Positions 20,150 to 29,119 of a stretch of 64,000 nt of DNA are shown here, piece by piece. Each line of letters opens with the position of its first letter. The first letter of the stretch is position 1. This DNA comes from an uncultured Candidatus Saccharibacteria bacterium (lineage in GTDB: Bacteria > Patescibacteriota > Minisyncoccia > Phycocordibacterales > JACOZG01), in assembly GCA_964448295.1 (NCBI GenBank), contig CAYUVV010000003.1, positions 9,543-73,542 of the forward strand, in the 5' to 3' direction. Under the pieces are notes generated by a model. It searched no databases, was not told the DNA's origin, and saw only the letters and a program-made list of their open reading frames with translations. The position numbers were made by a program, and so were the translations under genes.

Positions 20150-20188
20150 ATACCAACAAAAACAACCCGACGCTAGCGCGTCGGGTTG
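20150..20188 (-). terminator. rho-independent terminator downstream of tmk
   Basis: 12-bp perfect stem ACAACCCGACGC / GCGTCGGGTTGT with a 3-nt loop, followed on the minus strand by TTTTTGTTGG. Confidence 0.7.
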
Positions 20189-20337
20189 TGGAGACCCAAG
20201 GTCCTAAGGGCCACAAGCCCAAAGTTCCAAGGGTCAAAAATCAGAAGCTACTTGCGAGACAGCGGAGCGGTTGCCGGCAAGCTCGACCAGCGTTCAAAGA
20301 ACGTTTACCGTCTATTATACATAAATTATCGCTACTG

Positions 20338-21075
20338 TCAATACCGGTCGCCGTTGCCGAGATCTATTCCGGTTTCCTTTTCGATCGCGTCGGCGATGGC
20401 TAAATGGATTTCGGCTTTGGTGAGCATTTTGCCTTCGGGTGCGCAGTTGATGCGCACCCATTTGTTGTTCTCGGCCACCAAACGGAGCGCGTTCTGACGC
20501 GCGTTTTCCAAATGCACCGGATCATTCTCGGCCTGATCGGCGCCACCGCCGGCATAACGTTTTTTGTAACTCAAAAAAGCGCTCCGACGTTTTTCCAACA
20601 ACAATTTCTGACTTAGCTCGGCCGGTAAATCAAGATAGACGATGAGATCCGGTCGGGGCAAACCAAACACGCCGTATTCCATCTCGTCAAGCCAGCGCAA
20701 AAACTGGGCGCGAGCCCGGGGATCATCAATTTTTCCCCCTTGATGAATCTGGTTGGCACTAACGTAACGATCGGCCAAAACCAACCGACCGCGCCGGAGC
20801 CAGCCCTCGATCTGTCGTCGTGACTCGTAGCGGTCGGCGGCGTAGAGAACGGAGGCAATACGGGCATCAAGCGCGAGGAAATCACCGTGTTCGCCAGCCA
20901 AACACTCGCCGATCAGCTTGCCAAACAAATTATCGTAATAACGGGGAAAATCAATCGTCGCCACTTTGAATTTTTGATGGCGCAGACGGCCGGCGAGCAG
21001 TTCGATCTGAGTGGCCTTGCCCACGCCATCAATTCCGTCTATGACAATCAATCGACCGGATTTAGTTTTGACCAT
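20338..21075 (-). CDS. tmk: thymidylate (dTMP) kinase
   Basis: P-loop IVIDGIDGVGKATQ and LID region. Typical length. Confidence 0.85.
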   Translation of the reverse strand: MVKTKSGRLIVIDGIDGVGKATQIELLAGRLRHQKFKVATIDFPRYYDNLFGKLIGECLAGEHGDFLALDARIASVLYAADRYESRRQIEGWLRRGRLVLADRYVSANQIHQGGKIDDPRARAQFLRWLDEMEYGVFGLPRPDLIVYLDLPAELSQKLLLEKRRSAFLSYKKRYAGGGADQAENDPVHLENARQNALRLVAENNKWVRINCAPEGKMLTKAEIHLAIADAIEKETGIDLGNGDRY

Positions 21076-22243
21076 GTTTCAAAATCTTATCAATCCTCCG
21101 AGCAATTTGCACAAAATCTTTTTCCTGCCGACCTCGAGTGGTTTCAGCCGCTGTTCCCAAACGAATACCGGACGGGTCAACGGGCGACCTTGGATCAAAC
21201 GGAATCGTGTTTTTATTGACGATAATTCCCTCCTGCTCCAACCGTGCGCTCGCCTCGCTCCCCGCGAGACCCTGACCACCACGCCAGGTATCAACCAATA
21301 GAAGATGCGAATCGGTCCCGCCCGCGACCAAACGCCAGCCCAGATTCTGCAGTTCGGCTGCCAAGGCCTTGGCGTTTTTAACCACCTGATGCGCGTAGCG
21401 CCTAAATTCCGGCTGACTGGCTTCCGCCAAAGCGACGGCCGTCGCCGCAATCTGATTCAAATGCGGCCCGCCCTGCAACCCGGGGAATACCGCCTTATTA
21501 ATTTTCTTGTCCAGCTCACCCTGCCGACGGGAAAAAATGAGCGCGGCCCGCGGGCCGCGCAAGGTTTTGTGTGTCGTTGTCGTTACCACGTCAGCGTAAG
21601 GGAATGGTGAAGGATAAGCCCGCCCGGCCACGAGACCAGCCAAATGCGACATGTCCACCAACAGATAAGCGCCAACGGCATCGGCAATTTGCCGAAAACG
21701 CTCCCAGGCGATCAATCGCGGGTAAGCTGTAAAACCGGCGACGATCAGCCGTGGCCGTTCGCGTCGAGCGATGCTCTCCAATTCGTCGTAATCCAGTTGC
21801 TCCGTCGCGCGGTTAACGGTATAAGAGACCGGTTGCCAAAATTTCCCAGTGGCCGAAACTTTGTGCCCGTGAGTCAAATGCCCGCCGTGATCGAGCGCCA
21901 AACCCATAATTTTCTCTGCCGGAGGCACCAAGGCAAGATAGGCCGCCAGATTGGCCGGCGAACCGGATAGGGGTTGAACGTTCACCGCCCAATCGGCCGC
22001 CGGCAATCTAAATAACCTCAATGCTAATTTCTGCGTTAAATTCTCAAGCTGATCAGACACTTCGTTCCCGCCGTAATAACGTCGTCCCGGATAGCCCTCG
22101 GCGTATTTATTAACAAACTCTGAACCGAGGGCCCGTAAAACCGCCCGCGAGACATAGTTTTCCGAGGCGATCAGATTGATAACGCGTTTCTGCCGCCGCC
22201 GTTCACGGCGAACCAGCTCAACTACAAGCGTTAAATTGGTCAT
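21062..22243 (-). CDS. glyA: serine hydroxymethyltransferase
   Basis: INLIASENYVS, GYPGRRYYGG, the PLP-lysine region VTTTTHKTLRGPR. Start trimmed to the ATG at 22243 (MTNLTLVVELV...). Confidence 0.9.
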   Translation of the reverse strand: MTNLTLVVELVRRERRRQKRVINLIASENYVSRAVLRALGSEFVNKYAEGYPGRRYYGGNEVSDQLENLTQKLALRLFRLPAADWAVNVQPLSGSPANLAAYLALVPPAEKIMGLALDHGGHLTHGHKVSATGKFWQPVSYTVNRATEQLDYDELESIARRERPRLIVAGFTAYPRLIAWERFRQIADAVGAYLLVDMSHLAGLVAGRAYPSPFPYADVVTTTTHKTLRGPRAALIFSRRQGELDKKINKAVFPGLQGGPHLNQIAATAVALAEASQPEFRRYAHQVVKNAKALAAELQNLGWRLVAGGTDSHLLLVDTWRGGQGLAGSEASARLEQEGIIVNKNTIPFDPRSPVDPSGIRLGTAAETTRGRQEKDFVQIARRIDKILKHGQN

Positions 22244-22253
22244 TGCGAGCAGT

Positions 22254-22757
22254 CTATGCCAACCAACGTCCAACTGCCACCCCCAAGACGATGGCCGCAC
22301 CGCCAATAAAGAGCATCTCAAACCCCTGACGCCAATAACTAGTTTTAGACCAGTGCGCGCTTAGTAAACCAAGACCAAAAAGAGCAAGTAAAGAAAAGAC
22401 GATAGAAAAAATAAACGCCTCATGAGTTGGATACAAAAAGTAGGGAGTCAAAGGAACAAGGCCGGCCACAAAATACGAGCCGAGCATGATAATTCCACCT
22501 CCCAACGAAGCCCGAAGCGGCACAGACTGTTGACGCTCATATTCCCAAGCGGAATTATCAGAAAGTAAACTTCCAACCCCCATGGAAAAAGCTTCAACAA
22601 AAATCAAAACCACGCCGGAAATAATGATTGATGAGGGCGCGAAACCAGCTGCTGCCACGCCGGAGATCAATCCCACAGTGGAAACCAGACTATCTTCAAC
22701 CCCAAAAACGAAGTTGCGCAGATAGACACTGGAACGTTGGGGCAATTTATTGGACAC
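22254..22757 (-). CDS. VIT1/CCC1-family (DUF125) membrane protein, putative Fe/Mn transporter
   Basis: RNFVFGVEDSLVSTVGLISGVAAA is the VIT-family signature. Four to five TM helices. Confidence 0.6.
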   Translation of the reverse strand: MSNKLPQRSSVYLRNFVFGVEDSLVSTVGLISGVAAAGFAPSSIIISGVVLIFVEAFSMGVGSLLSDNSAWEYERQQSVPLRASLGGGIIMLGSYFVAGLVPLTPYFLYPTHEAFIFSIVFSLLALFGLGLLSAHWSKTSYWRQGFEMLFIGGAAIVLGVAVGRWLA

Positions 22758-22943
22758 ATTTAGATTTTAACACAAAAAAGCTACCGCGTGGCCTGGGGGG
22801 AAGACCTAACGGTAGCTCGGGAGAGGGGGGCGGAGGGGTGGTCCGCCCTTGAGTGCTTTTGTGCTTTCAAGAACAACAGCTGGTCTAAATTGTACTGGAA
22901 AAGACCGTACGAGCAAGGGTCGCGCCGGGAAAATTGGGGATAA

Positions 22944-23150
22944 CTAACGATAACGATTTTCCATCTGTTCGCGCGCATCACGAGCGGCATCTATCATCGT
23001 CCGGTAGTCCCCGACGGAAGATTGGTTGGGAACCGAACCGGATTCGGTTACGGACAAAGCCCGCCAACCATACCAAAACATTGCGCCAACAATCGCCAAC
23101 ACCACAAGCAAACCCAAAAGACCAAAACCAAGTTGTTTTTTGTTGTTCAC
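22944..23150 (-). CDS. small single-pass membrane protein
   Basis: 68 aa, one TM helix (LGFGLLGLLVVLAIVGAMFWYGW). 4-nt overlap with the enolase stop suggests co-transcription. Confidence 0.35.
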   Translation of the reverse strand: MNNKKQLGFGLLGLLVVLAIVGAMFWYGWRALSVTESGSVPNQSSVGDYRTMIDAARDAREQMENRYR

Positions 23151-24313
23151 AGTGACAGACCTTCTTCTTCAATGGCGAGTAGGCGGTTATATTTAGCCAC
23201 TCGTTCGCCGCGCGCGGGCGCTCCGAGCTTGAATCCGTCGGCGCCAATGGCGCAAGCCAAATCGGCGACAAAAGAATCGTTTGTTTCGCCAGACCGATGA
23301 GAAACAAACACTCGCCAACCCGCCACCCGAGCGGCCGCAACCGCGGCTAAAGCCTCGGTTAAGGTGCCAGCCTGATTGGGTTTGATGATCACACCATTCG
23401 CCGCCCGAGCAGCAGCGACTTCTTTTATCAAGCTAGCATTCGTTACCGTCAGATCATCACCAACAACGAGCGGCCGTTGCGGGTAGCGTGCCAAGAGCCA
23501 AGCGTGGCTGGCAAGATCATCCTCGGCAAACGGGTCTTCCAAATACCAAAGATCGTATTGACGGATAAGGTTCTCGTACAACGGCCGCAATTCGGACGGG
23601 CCAAGTCGGGTGTTACTGGCGGCCGCATCAATTCCCAAGTCTATCTCCCCCGCATTGGCAGCCGCGGCGGCGGCGCGAATCAAACCCAGAGGCAATTCAT
23701 CATCAGTGAGCGGCGGCGCGAAACCGCCCTCATCGCCAAGATTGATCGCCGCTGGCCCAAAACGCTCACGCAAACCAGCGCGCAGGGTACCGTAAACCTG
23801 AATCAGCTTCTCAATCGTCTCCCGCAGACCACGCCTCGGGGGAATAACCATAAATTCTTGCAAGACAAGACCGTTACCCGCATGGAGTCCGCCATTGATT
23901 AGATTAGCGAGCAGGCGCGGCGGCGCCGGCGTCGTTCCCGCCCAAGTCGCGAGAAAACGCCAAAGTGGCTCGCCCTGACGCTGGGCCGCCAAGCGCGCCG
24001 CGGCGAGCGACACCGCGAGAGTGGTATTGCCTCCCAGACGACTCTTATTTGACGTTCCGTCGAGCGCCAACAGGGTTTTGTCTATCAAAACCGGATCAAG
24101 AGCGTGCCGGACGAGGGCGGGAGCCACCACTTCGGTCAAAAGACGCACGGCCTCCGTCGCTGGTTTAACAACCGCTTCCCGTCGGCCGCGGGAACGGCCG
24201 GTGGGGACGGAGGCCCTCGCCCGTTCGCCACCGGTGCCTAATTCCACTTCCACCGTCCACTCTCCCCGCGAATCAAGCCTAGATCGAGCGCGACAGAGAT
24301 CGAGATAAAACAT
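23147..24313 (-). CDS. eno: enolase
   Basis: N-terminus SRLDSRGEWTVEVEL, the signature SHRSGETNDSFVADLA, and IKPNQAGTLTE. Start trimmed to the ATG at 24313. Confidence 0.9.
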   Translation of the reverse strand: MFYLDLCRARSRLDSRGEWTVEVELGTGGERARASVPTGRSRGRREAVVKPATEAVRLLTEVVAPALVRHALDPVLIDKTLLALDGTSNKSRLGGNTTLAVSLAAARLAAQRQGEPLWRFLATWAGTTPAPPRLLANLINGGLHAGNGLVLQEFMVIPPRRGLRETIEKLIQVYGTLRAGLRERFGPAAINLGDEGGFAPPLTDDELPLGLIRAAAAAANAGEIDLGIDAAASNTRLGPSELRPLYENLIRQYDLWYLEDPFAEDDLASHAWLLARYPQRPLVVGDDLTVTNASLIKEVAAARAANGVIIKPNQAGTLTEALAAVAAARVAGWRVFVSHRSGETNDSFVADLACAIGADGFKLGAPARGERVAKYNRLLAIEEEGLSL

Positions 24314-24321
24314 AATGCCAA

Positions 24322-25350
24322 TTAATTTGGACTGACTTGGTTCACGGGCGCACCCCGCCGCCAAGCTATAATATTGCCAAGTGCTGTATCGAGAATTCTT
24401 TCCAAGGCTTCCCAAGTATTGAAGGCGTTGTGGGGAGTAATAATGACGTTCGGAAGATCAATTAGCACGTGATTAGCTAAGATTGTGCGCAGATTAATTT
24501 CTGACGGGTGAACCGCGCTTAAAAAGCGTAGTTCGTCTTTGGTTGTTCCTTCTTCTTCCAACACATCAAGGGCGGCGCCGGCCAATTGGCCGCTGGTCAG
24601 GGCTTGCACCAAGGCCTCGGTTTCCACCACCGGCCCACGGCTCGTGTTTACGAGTACTGCGCCACGCTTCATCTTAGAGATCGTCTCGTGATTAATCAGG
24701 TGGTGAGTGGCTGGTAGATAAGGCACGTGCAGAGTAACTACGTCGGCCACGGCCAACAGCTCCTCCAGCGGCAGATATCGAAAGTCGAGTGTCTGGGCCA
24801 ACTCAGCATTTTCTCGAGCGTCGGTGGCCACCACCCGCATCCCAAAGCCATGCGCGATGCGAATCGCGTTGCGCCCGATATTGCCAGTGCCAACGACGCC
24901 AATCGTCTTACCTTGCAAATCAAATCCGCGCAAACCGTCTAGTTTGAAACTGCCCGTCTCGCGTATCTGATCGTAACCTTGATAAATTTTTCGAGAAAGA
25001 GCGAGCAATAGAGCGAAGGCATATTCCGCTACGGTATTTTCGCCATAACTGGGAACATTGGTGACCACCACACCTCGTTCCCGAGCGGCCGCCAAATCCA
25101 CATGATCGAAACCGGTGGATCGCGCCACCACCAACCGCAAGCGCGGCCAGCGATCAAACACCGCCTTCGTCAGCCGCGCATCCACAAAGATCGACACCAC
25201 CTCTACCGCGTCGTCGGCCGCCGGCAATTGCTGATCATCAAGAGGCCCGGCGGCAAACACCACTTCCCCGCCAAGCGCCGGCCAATCCGGACGACGAGTT
25301 AAATACTCGCGCTCCCAAGGTTCCAGATCGTAAAAAATTATTTTGGCCAT
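24322..25350 (-). CDS. D-isomer-specific 2-hydroxyacid dehydrogenase (glycerate/hydroxypyruvate/PGDH family)
   Basis: NAD-binding GKTIGVVGTGNIGRNAIR. Catalytic region RGAVLVNTSRG...AALDV. Confidence 0.8.
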   Translation of the reverse strand: MAKIIFYDLEPWEREYLTRRPDWPALGGEVVFAAGPLDDQQLPAADDAVEVVSIFVDARLTKAVFDRWPRLRLVVARSTGFDHVDLAAARERGVVVTNVPSYGENTVAEYAFALLLALSRKIYQGYDQIRETGSFKLDGLRGFDLQGKTIGVVGTGNIGRNAIRIAHGFGMRVVATDARENAELAQTLDFRYLPLEELLAVADVVTLHVPYLPATHHLINHETISKMKRGAVLVNTSRGPVVETEALVQALTSGQLAGAALDVLEEEGTTKDELRFLSAVHPSEINLRTILANHVLIDLPNVIITPHNAFNTWEALERILDTALGNIIAWRRGAPVNQVSPN

Positions 25351-25359
25351 GCGCCTTGA

Positions 25360-27780
25360 TCAAACTCCCGTCGCCCGTTCTGCGGCCGCAACCACCTCGA
25401 CCGTCTTCAGAAACGAGTCGGGGTTAAGAGAAAGACTGTCAATTCCCGCTCGCACGAGCATCGCTGCAAAATCGGGAAAATCCGACGGCGCTTGACCGCA
25501 AATTCCAATATACTTGCCGCGCCGACGGGTTACTTCAATTACTTGGAGCAACACGCGGCGCAAGGCCTCATCCGTCTCGTTGCCGATGGGCGCCAACAAA
25601 GCGGAATCGCGATCAAGCCCAAGAACTAGCTGGGTTAAATCATTCGAACCGATCGAATATCCGTCAAACCGATTCAAAAACTCTTCAGCCAAAATGATAT
25701 TGGAAGGAATCTCGCACATCATATAGATCTTGAGACTTTGATCTCGAGAGCGATCTAGGCCGTCCTCAACCATCGCCGCAAGAACGCGATCGGCCTCGCC
25801 GAGCGTCCGACAAAACGGCACCATCGGCACAATGTTCCGCAAACCAAAAACCTCGCGCGCTCGTTTCAACGCTTGGCACTCAAGCGCGAACGCCGCTCGA
25901 AAATTAGGGTGATAATAACGAGATGTTCCCCGCCAACCAAGCATCGGGTTTTCTTCCTCCGGTTCGTACAACGCGCCGCCGAGCAGAGTGCGATACTCGT
26001 TGGTTTTGAAATCGGAAAAACGGATAATCGCTTCACGCGGATAAACCGCCGCCGCGATTTTAGCCACACCCTCGGCCAACTCTTCCACATAATATTGACG
26101 TTTATCAGCATAACCACGAGTCAACGTTTCCACTTCATGCGCCAAGGTTTGATGCTCGGGTACAGTTTTCACCTTCTCAAAATTAATCAGCAAATTGGGA
26201 TGAACGCGAATGTGGGAATTGATAATGAACTCGAGCCGACCCAAACCCACACCCGCGGCTGGCAAGCGGTAATGCCGAAAAGCTTCCTCCGGCGAGCCAA
26301 CATTAAGCATCAATTTAGTTTTAGTAGTCGGTAAAACGTCAAGCCGATGATCAAGGATCCGAAAGGGCAGAGCGCCGCGGTAGATCACCCCATCGCGACC
26401 CGAAGAGCAGTCCACCGTGACCGTCTCGCCGGTGGGAATTTTTGACGTGGCATCGCCCGTGCCCACCACGCAAGGAATACCAAGCTCCCGCGAAACGATC
26501 GCCGCGTGCGAGGTCCGACCTCCGCGGTCAGTTACAATAGCGGAAGCAATTTTCATAATCGGCTCCCAGTCGGGATCGGTGATCTCGGTGATCAGCACTT
26601 CCCCTTTCTCAAACTCGCGCAGGTGTTGTGGCGAGCGGATCAACCGAGCGCGGCCGGTCGCGATTTTCGCCCCCACCGCCGCCCCAATCGCCAAACGTTC
26701 GCCCCCACCTCCTTCCAAACGATATTCGCGGTAAACGTTTTGGTCTGCCGTCGAATGCACGGTCTCCGGCCGAGCCTGGACCACAAACAATTGACCACTC
26801 TGGCCATCTTTCGCCCACTCGATATCCATCGGTTGGAAACGGCCATAATGTTTGGAGAAGTATTCTTCGATCAACACCCCCCAACGCGCCAGCTCCAACA
26901 CCTCGTCGTCGGTAATCGAAAAGCGGTTTTGCTCTTCCGTTGAAACCGGCACCAGCTTGATCTGATCGCGATCATAAATAATTTTTTTATCTTTAAGACC
27001 TAGGTCTTTGGCAATAATCGCTCGCGCGCCCGTGGCAAGCGTGGGTTTGAAAATCACAAATTCGTCGGGGGTCACCCCGCCCTGCACAATCAGCTCGCCC
27101 AAACCATAAGCGGCATTAATCACCACCACCTTCGGGAAACCGCTCTCGGTGTCGATGGTAAACATCACGCCGCTCGCCGCGAGATCAGAGCGCACCATCC
27201 TTTGCACGGTCACGGAAAGCGAAACATCAAGATGGGCGAAACCCTTGTCTTGGCGGTAAGAAATCGCTCGATCGGTAAACAAGGAGGCAAAACATTTTTT
27301 TACCGCTACCACCACCGCTTCTTCGCCGCGCACATTCAAATAGGTTTCTTGCTGGCCGGCAAAAGAAGCGCCGGGCAGATCTTCGGCGGTAGCTGAAGAC
27401 CGAACGGCGACTTCGTTATCACCGCCATACTTCTGTCCCAGCTCTCGATAGGCCACACGAACCGCTTCCGCTAAATCACTGGGCATTTCAGCCGATAAAA
27501 TACTTTCGCGCACCGCTCGACCGCGCGCCTGCAAATCAGGAAAATTGTGTGTATCAAGACCGCGCAACAATTCCGCCAGTTTGGTCTGCAAACCAGACTC
27601 ATGAATAAAATGATCGTAGGCCGCAGCCGTAACCGCGAAACCGTCTGGCACGCGCACCCCGAGCGGAGTCAAGCGTTGGAACATCTCACCCAAAGAGGCG
27701 TTTTTTCCGCCCACGAGCGCAACATCGCCCAAATTAATCTCCCCCAACCAACTAATTAGCTTGCTTGCACCTGATGCCAT
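25360..27780 (-). CDS. ppsA: phosphoenolpyruvate synthase (pyruvate, water dikinase)
   Basis: N-terminal DVALVGGKNASLGEM. Phosphohistidine domain GGRTSHAAIVSRELGIPCVVG. C-terminal PEP-utilising domain SIGSNDLTQLVLGLDRDS. About 800 aa. Confidence 0.85.
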   Translation of the reverse strand: MASGASKLISWLGEINLGDVALVGGKNASLGEMFQRLTPLGVRVPDGFAVTAAAYDHFIHESGLQTKLAELLRGLDTHNFPDLQARGRAVRESILSAEMPSDLAEAVRVAYRELGQKYGGDNEVAVRSSATAEDLPGASFAGQQETYLNVRGEEAVVVAVKKCFASLFTDRAISYRQDKGFAHLDVSLSVTVQRMVRSDLAASGVMFTIDTESGFPKVVVINAAYGLGELIVQGGVTPDEFVIFKPTLATGARAIIAKDLGLKDKKIIYDRDQIKLVPVSTEEQNRFSITDDEVLELARWGVLIEEYFSKHYGRFQPMDIEWAKDGQSGQLFVVQARPETVHSTADQNVYREYRLEGGGGERLAIGAAVGAKIATGRARLIRSPQHLREFEKGEVLITEITDPDWEPIMKIASAIVTDRGGRTSHAAIVSRELGIPCVVGTGDATSKIPTGETVTVDCSSGRDGVIYRGALPFRILDHRLDVLPTTKTKLMLNVGSPEEAFRHYRLPAAGVGLGRLEFIINSHIRVHPNLLINFEKVKTVPEHQTLAHEVETLTRGYADKRQYYVEELAEGVAKIAAAVYPREAIIRFSDFKTNEYRTLLGGALYEPEEENPMLGWRGTSRYYHPNFRAAFALECQALKRAREVFGLRNIVPMVPFCRTLGEADRVLAAMVEDGLDRSRDQSLKIYMMCEIPSNIILAEEFLNRFDGYSIGSNDLTQLVLGLDRDSALLAPIGNETDEALRRVLLQVIEVTRRRGKYIGICGQAPSDFPDFAAMLVRAGIDSLSLNPDSFLKTVEVVAAAERATGV

Positions 27781-27785
27781 AATGT

Positions 27786-29102
27786 TTATTTGGCCTTAAC
27801 AGCAATAATTAAGTCGGCCACATTAGACCCTAAGCGGCCGGTATTGATAAAATTGGCAGTTCGCTCAAAAAAAGCGAACGACTCGTGACGATCTAAAAAA
27901 TCGCTCGGCCGAAGGCCGGCCGCCAACGTCGCGGCGCGTGTCATCTTATCGGCAATGGCGCCCGCATGCGGCGTGTTGTCCCAACCGTCGGAAGCGAGTG
28001 TGAGCACTAATTCATTGTCGCGCACTTCCGGCAAGACGGCCAGCGCTAGTTCTTGATTTCGACCGCCCCACGGACGATCGCTCGTCGTCAGGCGCCGATG
28101 TCCACCTGCGGTGAACGTGGTCACATGACTCTCGCCGCCAAACAAAAGAACCGCGCCGGGCTGGGTCGAATGCAAACGCTCGAGCACATCCCGACCAACA
28201 ACCGCCGCTTCGCCTTCAAACGCGGAAGCGGCAATCGTCGGCTGAAAACCGCGCGCTGCGGCGCTCCGAGCCATTGCTTCCAAAGCCAACTGGTTAGACA
28301 CGATCAAAAAATTGGTCGACAGAGAAAAATAGTGGTCATCTTTTGGGGTTTCCAGCAGATTCGCCGGGGGGAACAACGCGGTAAGACCGAAACGACGCAG
28401 AACCGCCGCCGCGTCCGTAACGGTTGTTACGTCACGAACCGTCGGGCCGGACGCAATAAAGCCGATATCATCGCCCGGCACGTCGGAAAAAATTAAACCG
28501 ACCAAGCGTGCTGGGTAAGCGGTCTTGGCCCAAAATCCGCCGCGGGCAATTGAGAGATGTTTGCGCACCAGATTGATCTCTTGAATCCGCGCCCCCGCCA
28601 CAAATAATTTGGAGACCAGCTCCGACTCGACGTGGCACAAAAAATTGTGAGGTTGGCACAGCAGTGTCGAACCGCCGCCCGAAACTATCGCCAAAACTAG
28701 ATCATCTGGTCCGGCCCGCTCGAGCCAAGCAAGTAGACGTTTGGTGTGGTCAACATTGGCTTGACTCGGCAACGGATGATCGCCCGCGCATCCTTCCAGT
28801 CTCCGCAACGGGCGATCACACCGGACGTCAATCACTAAACCGCCGGTGATACGATCGCCGAGCACGGATTCTAGTTCTGCGGCCGCATCGAGCGCGCACT
28901 TACCTACTCCCACCACAATGAGTTGCGCCGTCGGCGCGAGCGGGAATATCTGACCGTTAACTTCTATCCCCCCGTCGCGCCCCCGAACCGACCGGCGAAT
29001 CGCAGCCGCGGTATCGATCGCCTCTAAACCGGCTTCCGCCCACCCGAGAGCTTCACGTCGTAACGCCGTCGTGGCTAAAGTTTCAAAATTTTTAATCCGC
29101 AC
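27786..29102 (-). CDS. glycerate 2-kinase (MOFRL family, DUF4147 N-terminus)
   Basis: Hydroxypyruvate-reductase-annotated fold typical of MOFRL. The C-terminus DGWDNTPHAGAIADKMT...NTGRLGSNVADLIIAVKAK fits MOFRL. Confidence 0.65.
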   Translation of the reverse strand: MRIKNFETLATTALRREALGWAEAGLEAIDTAAAIRRSVRGRDGGIEVNGQIFPLAPTAQLIVVGVGKCALDAAAELESVLGDRITGGLVIDVRCDRPLRRLEGCAGDHPLPSQANVDHTKRLLAWLERAGPDDLVLAIVSGGGSTLLCQPHNFLCHVESELVSKLFVAGARIQEINLVRKHLSIARGGFWAKTAYPARLVGLIFSDVPGDDIGFIASGPTVRDVTTVTDAAAVLRRFGLTALFPPANLLETPKDDHYFSLSTNFLIVSNQLALEAMARSAAARGFQPTIAASAFEGEAAVVGRDVLERLHSTQPGAVLLFGGESHVTTFTAGGHRRLTTSDRPWGGRNQELALAVLPEVRDNELVLTLASDGWDNTPHAGAIADKMTRAATLAAGLRPSDFLDRHESFAFFERTANFINTGRLGSNVADLIIAVKAK

Positions 29103-29119
29103 CCAATTATTGTACCAAG

